A DNA stretch of 64,000 nt. Source: Chloroflexota bacterium. GTDB taxonomy: Bacteria; Chloroflexota; UBA5177. The position numbers and the translations under genes were made by a program. This document shows positions 18,816-28,425 of the stretch, piece by piece; position 1 is the first letter of the stretch; each line of letters begins with the position of its first letter. The DNA lies in the NCBI GenBank assembly GCA_025449555.1, contig JANWJD010000223.1:1185-65184 (forward strand), in the 5' to 3' direction. The notes below the pieces were generated by a model. The model searched no databases, was not told the origin of the DNA, and worked only from the letters and a program-made list of their open reading frames with translations.

Positions 18816-20233
18816 GCGGGACGCCCACCTTCCAGCAGGGCGCTCGCATCGCTCTCCAGGATGCCCAACTTCGGCACAATCTACGCAACGCTACCCACAC
18901 CATTCGGGCGAAGCGAACCGCGGTGGTGGGTGAACTGCCCGATTGGGCCGAATTGCGGACTGCCGGCCGCGAAATCAAGGCACACACCATGCGCCATCTC
19001 GACCATTACCTGGTCGAATTGGAACACTCGGTCCAACGCGTCGGGGGCACGGTCCACTGGGCTACGGACGCTGCCTCGGCCAATCGGACGGTGGTCGAGT
19101 TGGTTCGTCGTGCCGGCGCGTCCGAGGTCGTCAAGGTGAAGTCCATCACAACTGACGAAATTGGCCTTAACGTTGCGTTGGAGGCCGCCGGAATCGCCCC
19201 GATCGAGACCGATCTGGCCGAAATGATCATTCAGCTTGCGGGCGAATCCTCCTCCCACATTCTGGTGCCTGCCATTCATAAAAATCGCTCCGAGATACGT
19301 GAACTCTTCGCGAAGAGACTGGGCGTCGAGGTGGCGTCAGACGAGCCGGCAGCGCTCGCCGAAGTGGCCCGTCAGTATCTGCGACGCGCATTTCTCCGAG
19401 CGCGGGTGGGTATTTCCGGCGCGAATTTTGCCATTGCCGAAACTGGCTCGGTGGTGATTTTTGAATCCGAGGGCAATGGCCGCATGTGCCTCACCCTTCC
19501 ACGTCTACTCGTCACGGTGATGGGAATAGAGAAGGTCATCCCTCGGTTCCAGGATCTGGAAGTCTTTGCGCAACTGCTGCCACGATCGTCCACCGGCGAG
19601 CGCATGAACCCGTACACGTCTCTCTGGTCGGGACTGCATGAAGGCGATGGCCCGGAGGAATTCCATCTGATTTTGCTGGATAACGGACGCACCCGCGTCT
19701 TGGCCGATCGACTCGGACGCCAGGCGCTCCATTGCATCCGGTGCAGCGCCTGTCTCAATGTCTGCCCGGTCTACGAGCGCACCGGCGGGCATGCCTACCA
19801 TTCGGTCTATCCCGGCCCGATCGGTGCCATCCTCACACCGCAATTGGTCGGAATCGAACGAGCGCCCTCCCTTCCCTATGCCTCGTCGCTCTGTGGAGCG
19901 TGCTACGACGTATGCCCGGTCGCCATCAATATTCCGGAGGTCCTCGTGCATTTGCGCGGCACTGAGGTAAGGGCAAGGCAGAAGACGGTGCGGGGCCGAT
20001 TGGACCCCGAGAATGCCGCGATGCAGGTCATGGCGCGGGTCTTTCGAGATCGCCGTCTCTACGAACGAGCCCAACGGACCGCTCAGACCGTTCAAAAGCC
20101 CCTGGTGCGTGAAGGCACCATTGCCTGGCTGCCACCGCCCCTCAGCGCCTGGACGGTCGCACATGATGTCCGGCCGGTACCAAAGCAATCGTTCCGTCAG
20201 TGGTGGGTCTCTCAGCAGAGAAGCATTCCGTGA
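18812..20233 (+). CDS. lutB: lactate utilization protein B (4Fe-4S, YkgF-like)
   Basis: Two ferredoxin-type Cys clusters (CIRCSACLNVCP, CGACYDVCP) and a LUD domain. ATGA overlap with lutA. Confidence 0.9.
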   Translation: MSGTPTFQQGARIALQDAQLRHNLRNATHTIRAKRTAVVGELPDWAELRTAGREIKAHTMRHLDHYLVELEHSVQRVGGTVHWATDAASANRTVVELVRRAGASEVVKVKSITTDEIGLNVALEAAGIAPIETDLAEMIIQLAGESSSHILVPAIHKNRSEIRELFAKRLGVEVASDEPAALAEVARQYLRRAFLRARVGISGANFAIAETGSVVIFESEGNGRMCLTLPRLLVTVMGIEKVIPRFQDLEVFAQLLPRSSTGERMNPYTSLWSGLHEGDGPEEFHLILLDNGRTRVLADRLGRQALHCIRCSACLNVCPVYERTGGHAYHSVYPGPIGAILTPQLVGIERAPSLPYASSLCGACYDVCPVAINIPEVLVHLRGTEVRARQKTVRGRLDPENAAMQVMARVFRDRRLYERAQRTAQTVQKPLVREGTIAWLPPPLSAWTVAHDVRPVPKQSFRQWWVSQQRSIP

Positions 20234-20904
20234 ACGATCGTGACACCGTGCTCGAACGCGTGCGGCGAGCGCTACAAGATGATTCCCGTGAACCCGACTC
20301 AGACGTCACGCGAGCGTACCGTCAGAGCAGCGAGGAAACGGTCGAGGTGCACGTGGCCCAGTTCGTACAGCGTGTCCAGGAGTATCAAGCCGTCGCCCAC
20401 GTCGTGGCTGCTGGGGAACTCGCCGGTGCCATCGCTTCGATCTGTACAGACCGTGCTATCCGATCGCTCGTCGTGCCGGATGACATTCCTTCCGACTGGC
20501 TACCGGAGGGCATTCGGCTCGAGCGCGACAGTCGGCGTGAGCCGCTATCGAATGAGCGTTTGGACAGGAGCGATGGTGTGCTAACGGCATGTGCGCTGGG
20601 CATCGCGCAGACGGGCACGTTAGTGCTGGACGGAGGAATCGCACAGGGGCGGCGCGCCATCACGCTGTTGCCCGACTATCACCTGTGTGTTATTCGCTCC
20701 GATCAGGTCGTGGGGATCGTTCCTGAAGCCGTGACCTTCCTGCGGAACTCATCCGGCGAAAGTGCGCGCCCGCTCACCTTCATTTCGGGGCCGTCTGCTA
20801 CCAGCGATATCGAACTCAACCGGGTTGAAGGAGTGCATGGCCCACGCACGCTGGAAGTCCTGGTCGTGCTGGCCCACAGCACGGCCAAACGCCTCGTCGG
20901 CTAA
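20230..20904 (+). CDS. lutC: lactate utilization protein C (LUD domain, YkgG-like)
   Basis: LUD-domain-like sequence. GTG 20230 overlaps the lutB stop (GTGA). The ORF-track start is 20200. Confidence 0.75.
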   Translation: MNDRDTVLERVRRALQDDSREPDSDVTRAYRQSSEETVEVHVAQFVQRVQEYQAVAHVVAAGELAGAIASICTDRAIRSLVVPDDIPSDWLPEGIRLERDSRREPLSNERLDRSDGVLTACALGIAQTGTLVLDGGIAQGRRAITLLPDYHLCVIRSDQVVGIVPEAVTFLRNSSGESARPLTFISGPSATSDIELNRVEGVHGPRTLEVLVVLAHSTAKRLVG

Positions 20905-21689
20905 ACGCGCACCGCGCCATGATTGGCGATGAAGCCCTGCACCCGGGTCCAGGCATCCGCCGAAGCGGTAGCAAAAACAGCGGCCTTCTTATCAAAGAAG
21001 CTGTGGGGGGCTTCCGGATACACCACAACCTCGTGTTCTACACCGGCGCGGTTCAACGCTTCATCAAACCGAGTCACGTCCTCCACAGGAATCCCGTGAT
21101 CGGCGCCGCCGAACAGCCCGAGCACCGGAGACTCGATGCGATCCACGAACCCCAGCACGGGAGTCACCGCTCCGCGGGTGCGCGTCAACCCGGCATAGAA
21201 CCCGATGACTCCCTGCAGACCGAGTCCGAGTGTTCCTGCGTAAAAGGAAAGCGAACCTCCCATGCAGAATCCGACGGTGAAGGTCGGCACTCCGGCTCCC
21301 TCTGCCGCCCGTAAATGCGCGACTGCTGCCTCCAGATCCTGGCTGAACGTCTCGGCTCTCATCTGCTCCACCTGGGGCATGTAATCAAATGAATCGTCGC
21401 GGGTCGGGTCGGGAGCCGTACGCGCAAAATAGTCGATGACTATGGCTCGCACACCAACGTCGGCGAATCGCAGCGCCAGCTCTCGGTAGAAGTTGTGCAA
21501 CCCCCGGACGTCAGGCAGGATCACGACCTGTCCAGAAGCCGTGCCGGCTGAGGCAGCCGCATACGCCATAACTTCAGCGCCGTCCGCAGCCTGGAGCCTC
21601 ACCTCTTCTCCGCGCGCAGTGCTTCCATCCGCGAGCGGCATGGGCGGATGCGAGTCGTCGTCAAAGCACATCGATTCGTCTCCTTGCAA
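20901..21689 (-). CDS. dienelactone hydrolase family protein
   Basis: Alpha/beta hydrolase with nucleophile elbow GFCMGG and C-terminal YPEAPHSFF, typical of the DLH family. Confidence 0.85.
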   Translation of the reverse strand: MQGDESMCFDDDSHPPMPLADGSTARGEEVRLQAADGAEVMAYAAASAGTASGQVVILPDVRGLHNFYRELALRFADVGVRAIVIDYFARTAPDPTRDDSFDYMPQVEQMRAETFSQDLEAAVAHLRAAEGAGVPTFTVGFCMGGSLSFYAGTLGLGLQGVIGFYAGLTRTRGAVTPVLGFVDRIESPVLGLFGGADHGIPVEDVTRFDEALNRAGVEHEVVVYPEAPHSFFDKKAAVFATASADAWTRVQGFIANHGAVRV

Positions 21690-21941
21690 TCAAAGTAGGC
21701 GACCGGTGGCGGTCCTCGCTGCTCTCGCCGTATCAGGCCGCCTCTTCCATCCTAGCCGCTTGCCGCTGCTGCTCCCCGTTCCAGCATCGTGCGAGATCCA
21801 GATACTTGTCAGGTCAGGATATGCCCGTAAAACGAACGCAATAATGGACAATCCTGTACTGTCGGCCGGGCGCAGAGGTGTATCGGATTCCCGCATGGCC
21901 AGGGGACGAACCAGGGCGGACACGAGGAGGCAACTCCGACC

Positions 21942-23054
21942 ATGCGAATCCTGCTGGTTGTGGACTCACTCGAGGTGGGAGGCGCTGAGCAGCATGTCAC
22001 CGACCTCGCGCGGGCGCTGCGCGCCACCGGCTACCTGGTCACAGTGGCCTGCGCCACAGGGGGCCCGCTGGTAGCCGAATTGGAAGCGGCACGAGTGCCT
22101 GTTCATGTGCTCGTCACGGGACCGGTCAAGCATCGTGTCGATCTACGCTTTGCGTGGAAACTGAGAAGAGTGTTGCGAGCAGGCGAGTTTGACCTCGTTC
22201 ATGCCCATCTGTACGCCGGCGCGGTGGCGGCTGCGCTCGCCGTCATCGGCATCGGTTGTGCCAGGGTCGTCACCGTACACTCCGAAAGTAGGTGGCAAAG
22301 GCACTTTGCTCGATCTGTCTCCGGATATGTCTACCGCACGGCGGATGCCATATTGGCCGTCTCCGAGCCAATCGCCCATCAATTGACGGTCGTCCATGGA
22401 GTAGCGCCTGATCGAACCACCGTTATCGCGAATGCTCTGTATCCCACGGCGCTCTGCACTCGCCGGCGTCGAGCGACGCTGCGCGGGGGTGTGGTCGTCG
22501 GAGTCGCGGGCCGGCTTCATCGAGATAAAGGCGTCGATGTGTTGCTGGATGCCATGGTGCGCGTTCTCTACCGACATCCACAAGTACAAACGGTGGTCGT
22601 CGGGGATGGACCACAACGGGAACATCTCCAAAGGAAGGCTCGATCCTTGGGCCTCGACGATCGCGTGAGTTTCCTTGGTTGCATCCCAGGCGCTCGAAAC
22701 CTGATTCCCTCATTCGACGTACTGGTTGTGCCCTCCCGCACGGAAGGCTCTCCCCTGGTAGTGCTGGAAGCCATGGCTGCTGGGATCCCGGTCGTGGCGA
22801 GTTGCGTGGGCGGCATTCCGGACCAGATCCGGCACGGCGTGACTGGGCTCCTGGTGGCGCCAGACAACCCGGGGGAACTGGGCAAGGCAATCGAACAACT
22901 GCTCTGCGAACCGGCCACGAGAAACTCCCTGGCGGCCGAGGGGAGGCGGCAGGTGGCCGAGCGATTTCCGTACCGAGTCCTGCTCGACGGGATAGAACGG
23001 GTGTACGCGGAAGCGTTGGCCCGACGTAGTGCACGAAACACACGTGGGTGTTGA
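21942..23054 (+). CDS. GT4-family (GT-B) glycosyltransferase
   Basis: MRILLVVDSLEVGGAEQHV N-terminus, C-terminal EGSPLVVLEAMAAGIPVVAS motif. GAGGAGG RBS 8 nt upstream. Confidence 0.85.
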   Translation: MRILLVVDSLEVGGAEQHVTDLARALRATGYLVTVACATGGPLVAELEAARVPVHVLVTGPVKHRVDLRFAWKLRRVLRAGEFDLVHAHLYAGAVAAALAVIGIGCARVVTVHSESRWQRHFARSVSGYVYRTADAILAVSEPIAHQLTVVHGVAPDRTTVIANALYPTALCTRRRRATLRGGVVVGVAGRLHRDKGVDVLLDAMVRVLYRHPQVQTVVVGDGPQREHLQRKARSLGLDDRVSFLGCIPGARNLIPSFDVLVVPSRTEGSPLVVLEAMAAGIPVVASCVGGIPDQIRHGVTGLLVAPDNPGELGKAIEQLLCEPATRNSLAAEGRRQVAERFPYRVLLDGIERVYAEALARRSARNTRGC

Positions 23055-23210
23055 TATCCCGCGGCGCGTTTCCAATCGATTAATTTTTGCAAGTAATTCA
23101 CGCCCATCTCATCCGAATCTCAGGCGGCGCTGTTTCAATGAGTCGTATCTGATCGATTGACCGACCACGGGGGAGACAAGGCATGATGCCAGGCGCGATC
23201 GCTCTCCACC

Positions 23211-24602
23211 ATGCTTGACGCCTCACTGCGCACCCAAGCAGATCGGTTCGGGTCGGAGAACTCCTGGACTAGAAAGAATCGACTCGCACGCCTCGTCACA
23301 GCCTGGATATTGTGGCTGGTCCTGCTTGGCAATGCGGCGTTCATCATCTGGCTGTGGGGAAATGGTGGAGGCATATCGGCCGTCAAAAATATCGCCACGT
23401 TCTTCACCAGTGTCGGCCGTATCACGGGCCTCCTGAGCGCCTATCTCGCTCTCGTGCAGGTGCTCCTGCTAGCCCGTCTGCCGTTTCTCGAGAGACTGTT
23501 GGGATTCGATTCGCTCACTATCTGGCACCGTCGCAATGGTAAGGCGGTGCTCTACCTGGTGCTGGCGCATGTCGTGTTCATCACCCTGGGCTATGCATTG
23601 CTGGACAGGCTCTCCCTTCCCAACGAAGTATCGAGCTTGTTGGGAAACTATCCGGGCATGATTGCGGCCACTGTAGGCACCGCCCTCCTGATTCTGGTGG
23701 CAATCAGCTCGTTCGTAGTCGCGCGGGCCAAACTTCCATACGAGGCGTGGTACGCCGTACACCTCACGGCCTATGCGGGCATTGCTCTCGCGTGGGTGCA
23801 TCAGGTCCCGACCGGGAACGAGTTCATTCTGCGTCCTGTGGCGACCGCCTACTGGACAGCGCTGTACATGGCCACCTGGGTGTTCCTCGTCATGTTCCGG
23901 GTTGCTCAACCCATTTTTCGTGCATTCTGGCATCGCATGCGCGTGGCGGAAGTTATCGTGGAAGGACCAAATGTGGTTTCGCTCCGTATTACCGGACAGC
24001 GGCTCGACCGCCTGGGAATCCAGGCCGGTCAGTTCTTTCTCTGGCGTTTTCTCTCTCCAGGACGCTGGTGGCAATCGCATCCGTTTTCCCTCTCCGAAGC
24101 TCCGGCCGGGACCTCACTTCGCATTACCGTCAAGGCTTCGGGCGACTTCACCAGGCAGCTGGCCGGCGTACGTCCAGGAAGTATGGTGGTCGCGGAAGGG
24201 CCGTTTGGAGTGTTCACGGATGCAGTGCGGAAGCGAGAGCGCGTGGCACTGATTGCCGGTGGCATCGGCATTACTCCTGTGCGCGCTCTCGCTGAGGAAA
24301 TGCGCGGTGACGTCGTGGTTATCTATCGAGCAATTCGTGAGGAGGAAGTCGTCTTCCGCGCTGAACTCGACCAATTGGCGCGCGATCGGGGCGTGACCGT
24401 CCACTATGTCATTGGTCATCACGCTGCACCACAGGGCGAGCGCGTCATGTCGCCCGAGCATTTGCGAGAACTGGTTCCAGACATCATGGACCGCGATATC
24501 TATATCTGCGGCCCGCCGGGCATGGCTCGTTTCCTGGAACGGAACGTGCGGGCCGCGGACGTTCCACGAAGCCACATTCACATCGAGCGCTTCGCCTTCT
24601 AG
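23211..24602 (+). CDS. ferric-reductase-like transmembrane protein fused to an FAD/NAD(P)-binding domain
   Basis: About 6 TM segments with conserved His residues, then HPFSL (FAD-binding) and GGIGITP (NAD-binding) motifs. Confidence 0.85.
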   Translation: MLDASLRTQADRFGSENSWTRKNRLARLVTAWILWLVLLGNAAFIIWLWGNGGGISAVKNIATFFTSVGRITGLLSAYLALVQVLLLARLPFLERLLGFDSLTIWHRRNGKAVLYLVLAHVVFITLGYALLDRLSLPNEVSSLLGNYPGMIAATVGTALLILVAISSFVVARAKLPYEAWYAVHLTAYAGIALAWVHQVPTGNEFILRPVATAYWTALYMATWVFLVMFRVAQPIFRAFWHRMRVAEVIVEGPNVVSLRITGQRLDRLGIQAGQFFLWRFLSPGRWWQSHPFSLSEAPAGTSLRITVKASGDFTRQLAGVRPGSMVVAEGPFGVFTDAVRKRERVALIAGGIGITPVRALAEEMRGDVVVIYRAIREEEVVFRAELDQLARDRGVTVHYVIGHHAAPQGERVMSPEHLRELVPDIMDRDIYICGPPGMARFLERNVRAADVPRSHIHIERFAF

Positions 24603-24618
24603 TCCGTTGGAGTGCTCG

Positions 24619-26403
24619 TCAGGACTTGCCTTGAGCCGCCTGATCGTTCGATATCAGGGCATCTACCACCGGACCGATCTGCGCTATCTCGGCTTGCCGC
24701 TGTTGCATATCAGCCGTAGTCGGTTGAATCAGCGATTCGGTGAGAGCGTGTCCCTCCATACCGCGCGGCGCAACGCCCATGTCCGTGAGCACCGTAGGCG
24801 CGATGTCGTCGAGCTGCACTGGATCGGTACTCACTACTCCGGGCACGATGCCGGCGCCAGACAGGATGAGCGGAATCGACTGCGCTTGCCAGGTATTGCC
24901 GCCATGGTCCGCTTTCCAATTCGACTTGGGATCCGAGAAGGATGCGCCCGGGGCCCCGAATGCCACCACGGACGGCTCATGCCCGTTCAGCAACGCACTC
25001 AATAAATACTGGTTGGCAGTTTCCATCGCCGGTGTCACATTGGATCCATTGGCGGCCACATAGCTGGGCTTTCCCCCTGCCGTCACCAGGTAATACGCCG
25101 AAGCGATGCCGGGATCGCGTGCATTCACGATGTTTTCGGCCACGATCTGCGCCTTATTCGGATCGGCCAGCCAGACGTAGTCCGCGGTGCTCGACGCGAT
25201 GTCCGGTGCGGTGGTTCCCGCCTGTGTCACTGCGTTGCTGACGGTAGTCGCCGGAACAAATCGAGTGATCGGCATCATTCCGTGATCGGCCGTGATCACG
25301 AACAACGTTTGGTCCAGAATGCCCGCCTTGCGATAGGCATCCTCGATCGCGCCCAGATCACTGTCAAAGACTTTCATATCGGTGATGACTTTCGCAGTGT
25401 CCAGATTTCCACCGTCCACATGTCCCAATGGCCAGTCGAACTCGGGGTAGTTGATCAGCAGCATGCGCGGCTGCATTGATTTCACCAGACTGAGCGCCAT
25501 CTGCGTGGCAAGGTGATCTTCTTGACCATCCTTGAGCGTGATCGTCGGCAATGTGAGCGCCGGATCATTCATGACCGAAGCAGGAGGCGTGTGGCCGGGG
25601 ACCGCCACCGGCACGTAGTGGCCCTTCGGGTCGCCCTGGTAGTACACGATTGCGTCCGCCGCAGGTCCACCGAGAGGAGCTGCCGCGTAGTACTTATGTC
25701 CGGACAGCGCCACTACTCGCGCGGTTGGGAACTTCTGCTTGTACAGAGAGCCGAGAGTCGGCGCGTGCGAATCTTGCATCAGTTGTTCCACGGTTCCCAT
25801 TTGGTCGGGCGAAAAGAGACTGTATCTGGTTGTCGTGTTCGCCCAATCAAAGCCCAATAACCCGTCCTTATCAGGTCGTGAACCGGTCGCGATCGTGGCA
25901 TGTCCTGAAGGTGTTTCGCTCTCCAGTATCCCGTCGAAAGCCTTACTGTATTGCGTGCCCGCCGCGCGCAGCGCGTCGACATGTGGGAGTGCCGTCAGTC
26001 CGAAATAATCAGGCCGAGCGCCATCCAGGACCATGAGTACCAGATACTTCGGTGTGACCGGAGCGAGACCGAGGAGTCGTGCCGACGGAAGGCTCCCGGC
26101 GGCAGATCGGTCATGCAACACCTTCGCCGCTCCGGCGCCGATGGCTGACGCGACCGTGAGGTACAGCGCGCACAGGAGCGCCAGTCGAGACGCGGGGCCA
26201 AGCCCACCCTGTCGCCGCGCCTTTCGTCGACGCTTTTCCCAAACCGACTGTGCATGTTGGTCTACGTCATTGGAGGGAAAGTCGGCGCTCGTGTACCGTC
26301 GCGACCGACGACCGTCACGCGAACGCGATGCGTTACTGGGTTTCAACGACGCCTCGCCGGAGGGGGGCCAAATTGGAATGGGTGGTCGAAGCTCTCGCCG
26401 CAC
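24619..26403 (-). CDS. alkaline-phosphatase-superfamily phosphodiesterase/nucleotide pyrophosphatase-like protein
   Basis: VLDGARPDY, ETPSGHATIATG and ITADHGM motifs, with an N-terminal TM anchor. The true start is probably downstream of 26403. Confidence 0.8.
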   Translation of the reverse strand: MRRELRPPIPIWPPSGEASLKPSNASRSRDGRRSRRYTSADFPSNDVDQHAQSVWEKRRRKARRQGGLGPASRLALLCALYLTVASAIGAGAAKVLHDRSAAGSLPSARLLGLAPVTPKYLVLMVLDGARPDYFGLTALPHVDALRAAGTQYSKAFDGILESETPSGHATIATGSRPDKDGLLGFDWANTTTRYSLFSPDQMGTVEQLMQDSHAPTLGSLYKQKFPTARVVALSGHKYYAAAPLGGPAADAIVYYQGDPKGHYVPVAVPGHTPPASVMNDPALTLPTITLKDGQEDHLATQMALSLVKSMQPRMLLINYPEFDWPLGHVDGGNLDTAKVITDMKVFDSDLGAIEDAYRKAGILDQTLFVITADHGMMPITRFVPATTVSNAVTQAGTTAPDIASSTADYVWLADPNKAQIVAENIVNARDPGIASAYYLVTAGGKPSYVAANGSNVTPAMETANQYLLSALLNGHEPSVVAFGAPGASFSDPKSNWKADHGGNTWQAQSIPLILSGAGIVPGVVSTDPVQLDDIAPTVLTDMGVAPRGMEGHALTESLIQPTTADMQQRQAEIAQIGPVVDALISNDQAAQGKS

Positions 26404-26867
26404 GGCCGCTGTCTGGCGAAGTGCATCCCCTGGCGCTGCACCCGCTCAACAACATCCCCGGGATCGAGCAACAGACCCGAAGTCCTGGGTCCGCGACCGT
26501 CGGCAGGAGCCACTCCGTGAATTCATGAAATGCGATGACATGACCGTACTGCTGCTACCCTCCGCTCGATGTCCTTAACCAGAATACCGTGCCTGGTCTG
26601 AGACGCGTCTGAGAATGATTCGAATTAAAGGTTAACCGAACCACCCGCGACGCCAAGTCTATCGCATCGACCGGGTTGTAAGTCGTGGCATGCATATCTG
26701 AGTTGCTTTTCGAAATAGCGAGGAGGTCGTAGGCCGGTCGCTCCGTCGCCGGCTCGTTCGCGGTGACTCAATCGGATTTCAAATGACAGTGTCGCGGAAG
26801 CTGTGCGTCAACAGCCCGCCGCGACCGATACGGTTGCAGCAGGCTGTTGGGACGTATCTGAGCTTGT

Positions 26868-28388
26868 TTACGTAGCGATCGAGGAGACAGCGGTTGCCAG
26901 GCCACTCACGAGCGGAGTTCCCCAGCCGGTAACAGCGTCCCAGCCGATCTTCGCTCCGTACACTCCGTTGCTCCCGGACGTGATGTCCGTGAAGGCGCTC
27001 GCGTACGCGCTCGAGTTGCCGACACGATAGAGGTAGGTAGGAGCAGCACCCACGGTCTTTCCACTTCGGGTCGCGCTCTCCTTGACCAGCGTCCAGATGG
27101 CTGCCCAGGCCGGCGCACCGAGGCTCGTGCCGCCGGCAGTCTGCCAGTCTCCGTTGTAGTAGATTTCGGCTCCGGTTGCAGGATTGGCAAGAAAGCTTAC
27201 ATCGGGAGCGTAGCGAAACTTTCCAGGCTTCAAGTTGGGCGTCACCTGCCAGGCGGGCCGAAGCATGGGTTTCGCTTTTCCACCACCGCTGAGGCTCCAT
27301 GCGAACTGCGAGTATTGAGTGTTGTCACTGTTCAACAGAAGTGAAGTTCCTCCCACCGACACCACGGACGGATCCGAGGCCGGATAGCCCACGCTTGGCT
27401 GTCTGCCACATTCCCGTACCGGACCGGCCAGAGCGCCCGTATCGCCACTGCTGACGAAGACCGACACTCCGTGCGAGAGCGCCGCCGCCAGCGCAGACGA
27501 CGTGGCTTGATAGCCGGTGGACGCGTTGCAGGTGCCGAACGAAAGGCTGATCGAAGTCGCGCCGGCTGCAACCGCGGAGTTCACCGCCTGACCGACCGAT
27601 GCCCATCCGGCGGCATTCGCCTGTTGGCCCTTGACGTAATAGATCTGGATTTTGGCGCCGGGCGCGAGCGCGTGGGCCCATTCCAGATCCATGGTGGTTT
27701 CTCCCTGGTTCGTCAGCCGGAAGGTCTTTCCGCCGACATAGAATTGCTGCACCACCGGGTCCGGCAAATTGTTGGCGGCGTCGAACGCTTGAAGGTCGGC
27801 GGGGTCAAAGCTGTCGAGTTCTACCAGCGCGATTGTCTGCCCTGCTCCGGTCACGCCTGCACTGATTAACGGGTCGATACCATATGCCGTGTCAAGCTGA
27901 GCGGGAGTGTAGCCCTGACCCACCTGCTGCCCGGCAGCGAAGGTCGAGAAGGTGTGCGAGGCTGCCACGGCTTGTGGCGCCGCCACGCCCGTTGCGAACG
28001 ACGTGGCGATGAGACCGCCTGCGATGGCGGCGGAAGCGACGCGCCGCCCGCGAAAACACGGGTCGATGAGACGATACAGTCGAGAAATGAACCAAATGAG
28101 GCGAGTAAGTGGGGTTCGCAATGTGGCTGTGCTCCTGCGTGTGGTCGCGAACAAGGTACGATGGAAATATAGATCAAGCGTACCGATTGCGGTTGAAGGC
28201 AACCTGAGAGCATCGTGTCCTCTTCCTGAGATACCTGGCCGCACCCGACGAGTCGCAGCGGTTCCGGTTAACGCACTCCAGCAATACCAAACAAGGGAGC
28301 ACGAAATGGAGAGTAAGTTCGGCCGAGACGTCGTTCCATTCATATTTATGGCGATCTTTGTGGGCTCGATGATCGTGTTGGCCGTCAC
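26868..28388 (-). CDS. S53 (sedolisin/kumamolisin-like) serine peptidase
   Basis: YTPAQLDTAYGI, GETTMDLEWAHALAPGA, SSGDTGA and GGTSLGAPAWAA motifs. The first ~95 codons look non-coding, so the likely start is near 28100 (signal-like RGRRVASAAIAGGLIATSFATGVAAPQAVAA). Confidence 0.8.
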   Translation of the reverse strand: MTANTIIEPTKIAINMNGTTSRPNLLSISCSLVWYCWSALTGTAATRRVRPGISGRGHDALRLPSTAIGTLDLYFHRTLFATTRRSTATLRTPLTRLIWFISRLYRLIDPCFRGRRVASAAIAGGLIATSFATGVAAPQAVAASHTFSTFAAGQQVGQGYTPAQLDTAYGIDPLISAGVTGAGQTIALVELDSFDPADLQAFDAANNLPDPVVQQFYVGGKTFRLTNQGETTMDLEWAHALAPGAKIQIYYVKGQQANAAGWASVGQAVNSAVAAGATSISLSFGTCNASTGYQATSSALAAALSHGVSVFVSSGDTGALAGPVRECGRQPSVGYPASDPSVVSVGGTSLLLNSDNTQYSQFAWSLSGGGKAKPMLRPAWQVTPNLKPGKFRYAPDVSFLANPATGAEIYYNGDWQTAGGTSLGAPAWAAIWTLVKESATRSGKTVGAAPTYLYRVGNSSAYASAFTDITSGSNGVYGAKIGWDAVTGWGTPLVSGLATAVSSIAT

Positions 28389-28425
28389 CGGCCACTAGAA
28401 ACAGTCCGAGCAGGTCATGAGCTGG

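Noticed and set aside
21690-21941. 250-nt leader upstream of the GT4 gene, scanned for a riboswitch
   Set aside because: I could not match it to any riboswitch core I know (c-di-GMP, ZTP, guanidine, Mn, fluoride), and no terminator/antiterminator pair is evident.
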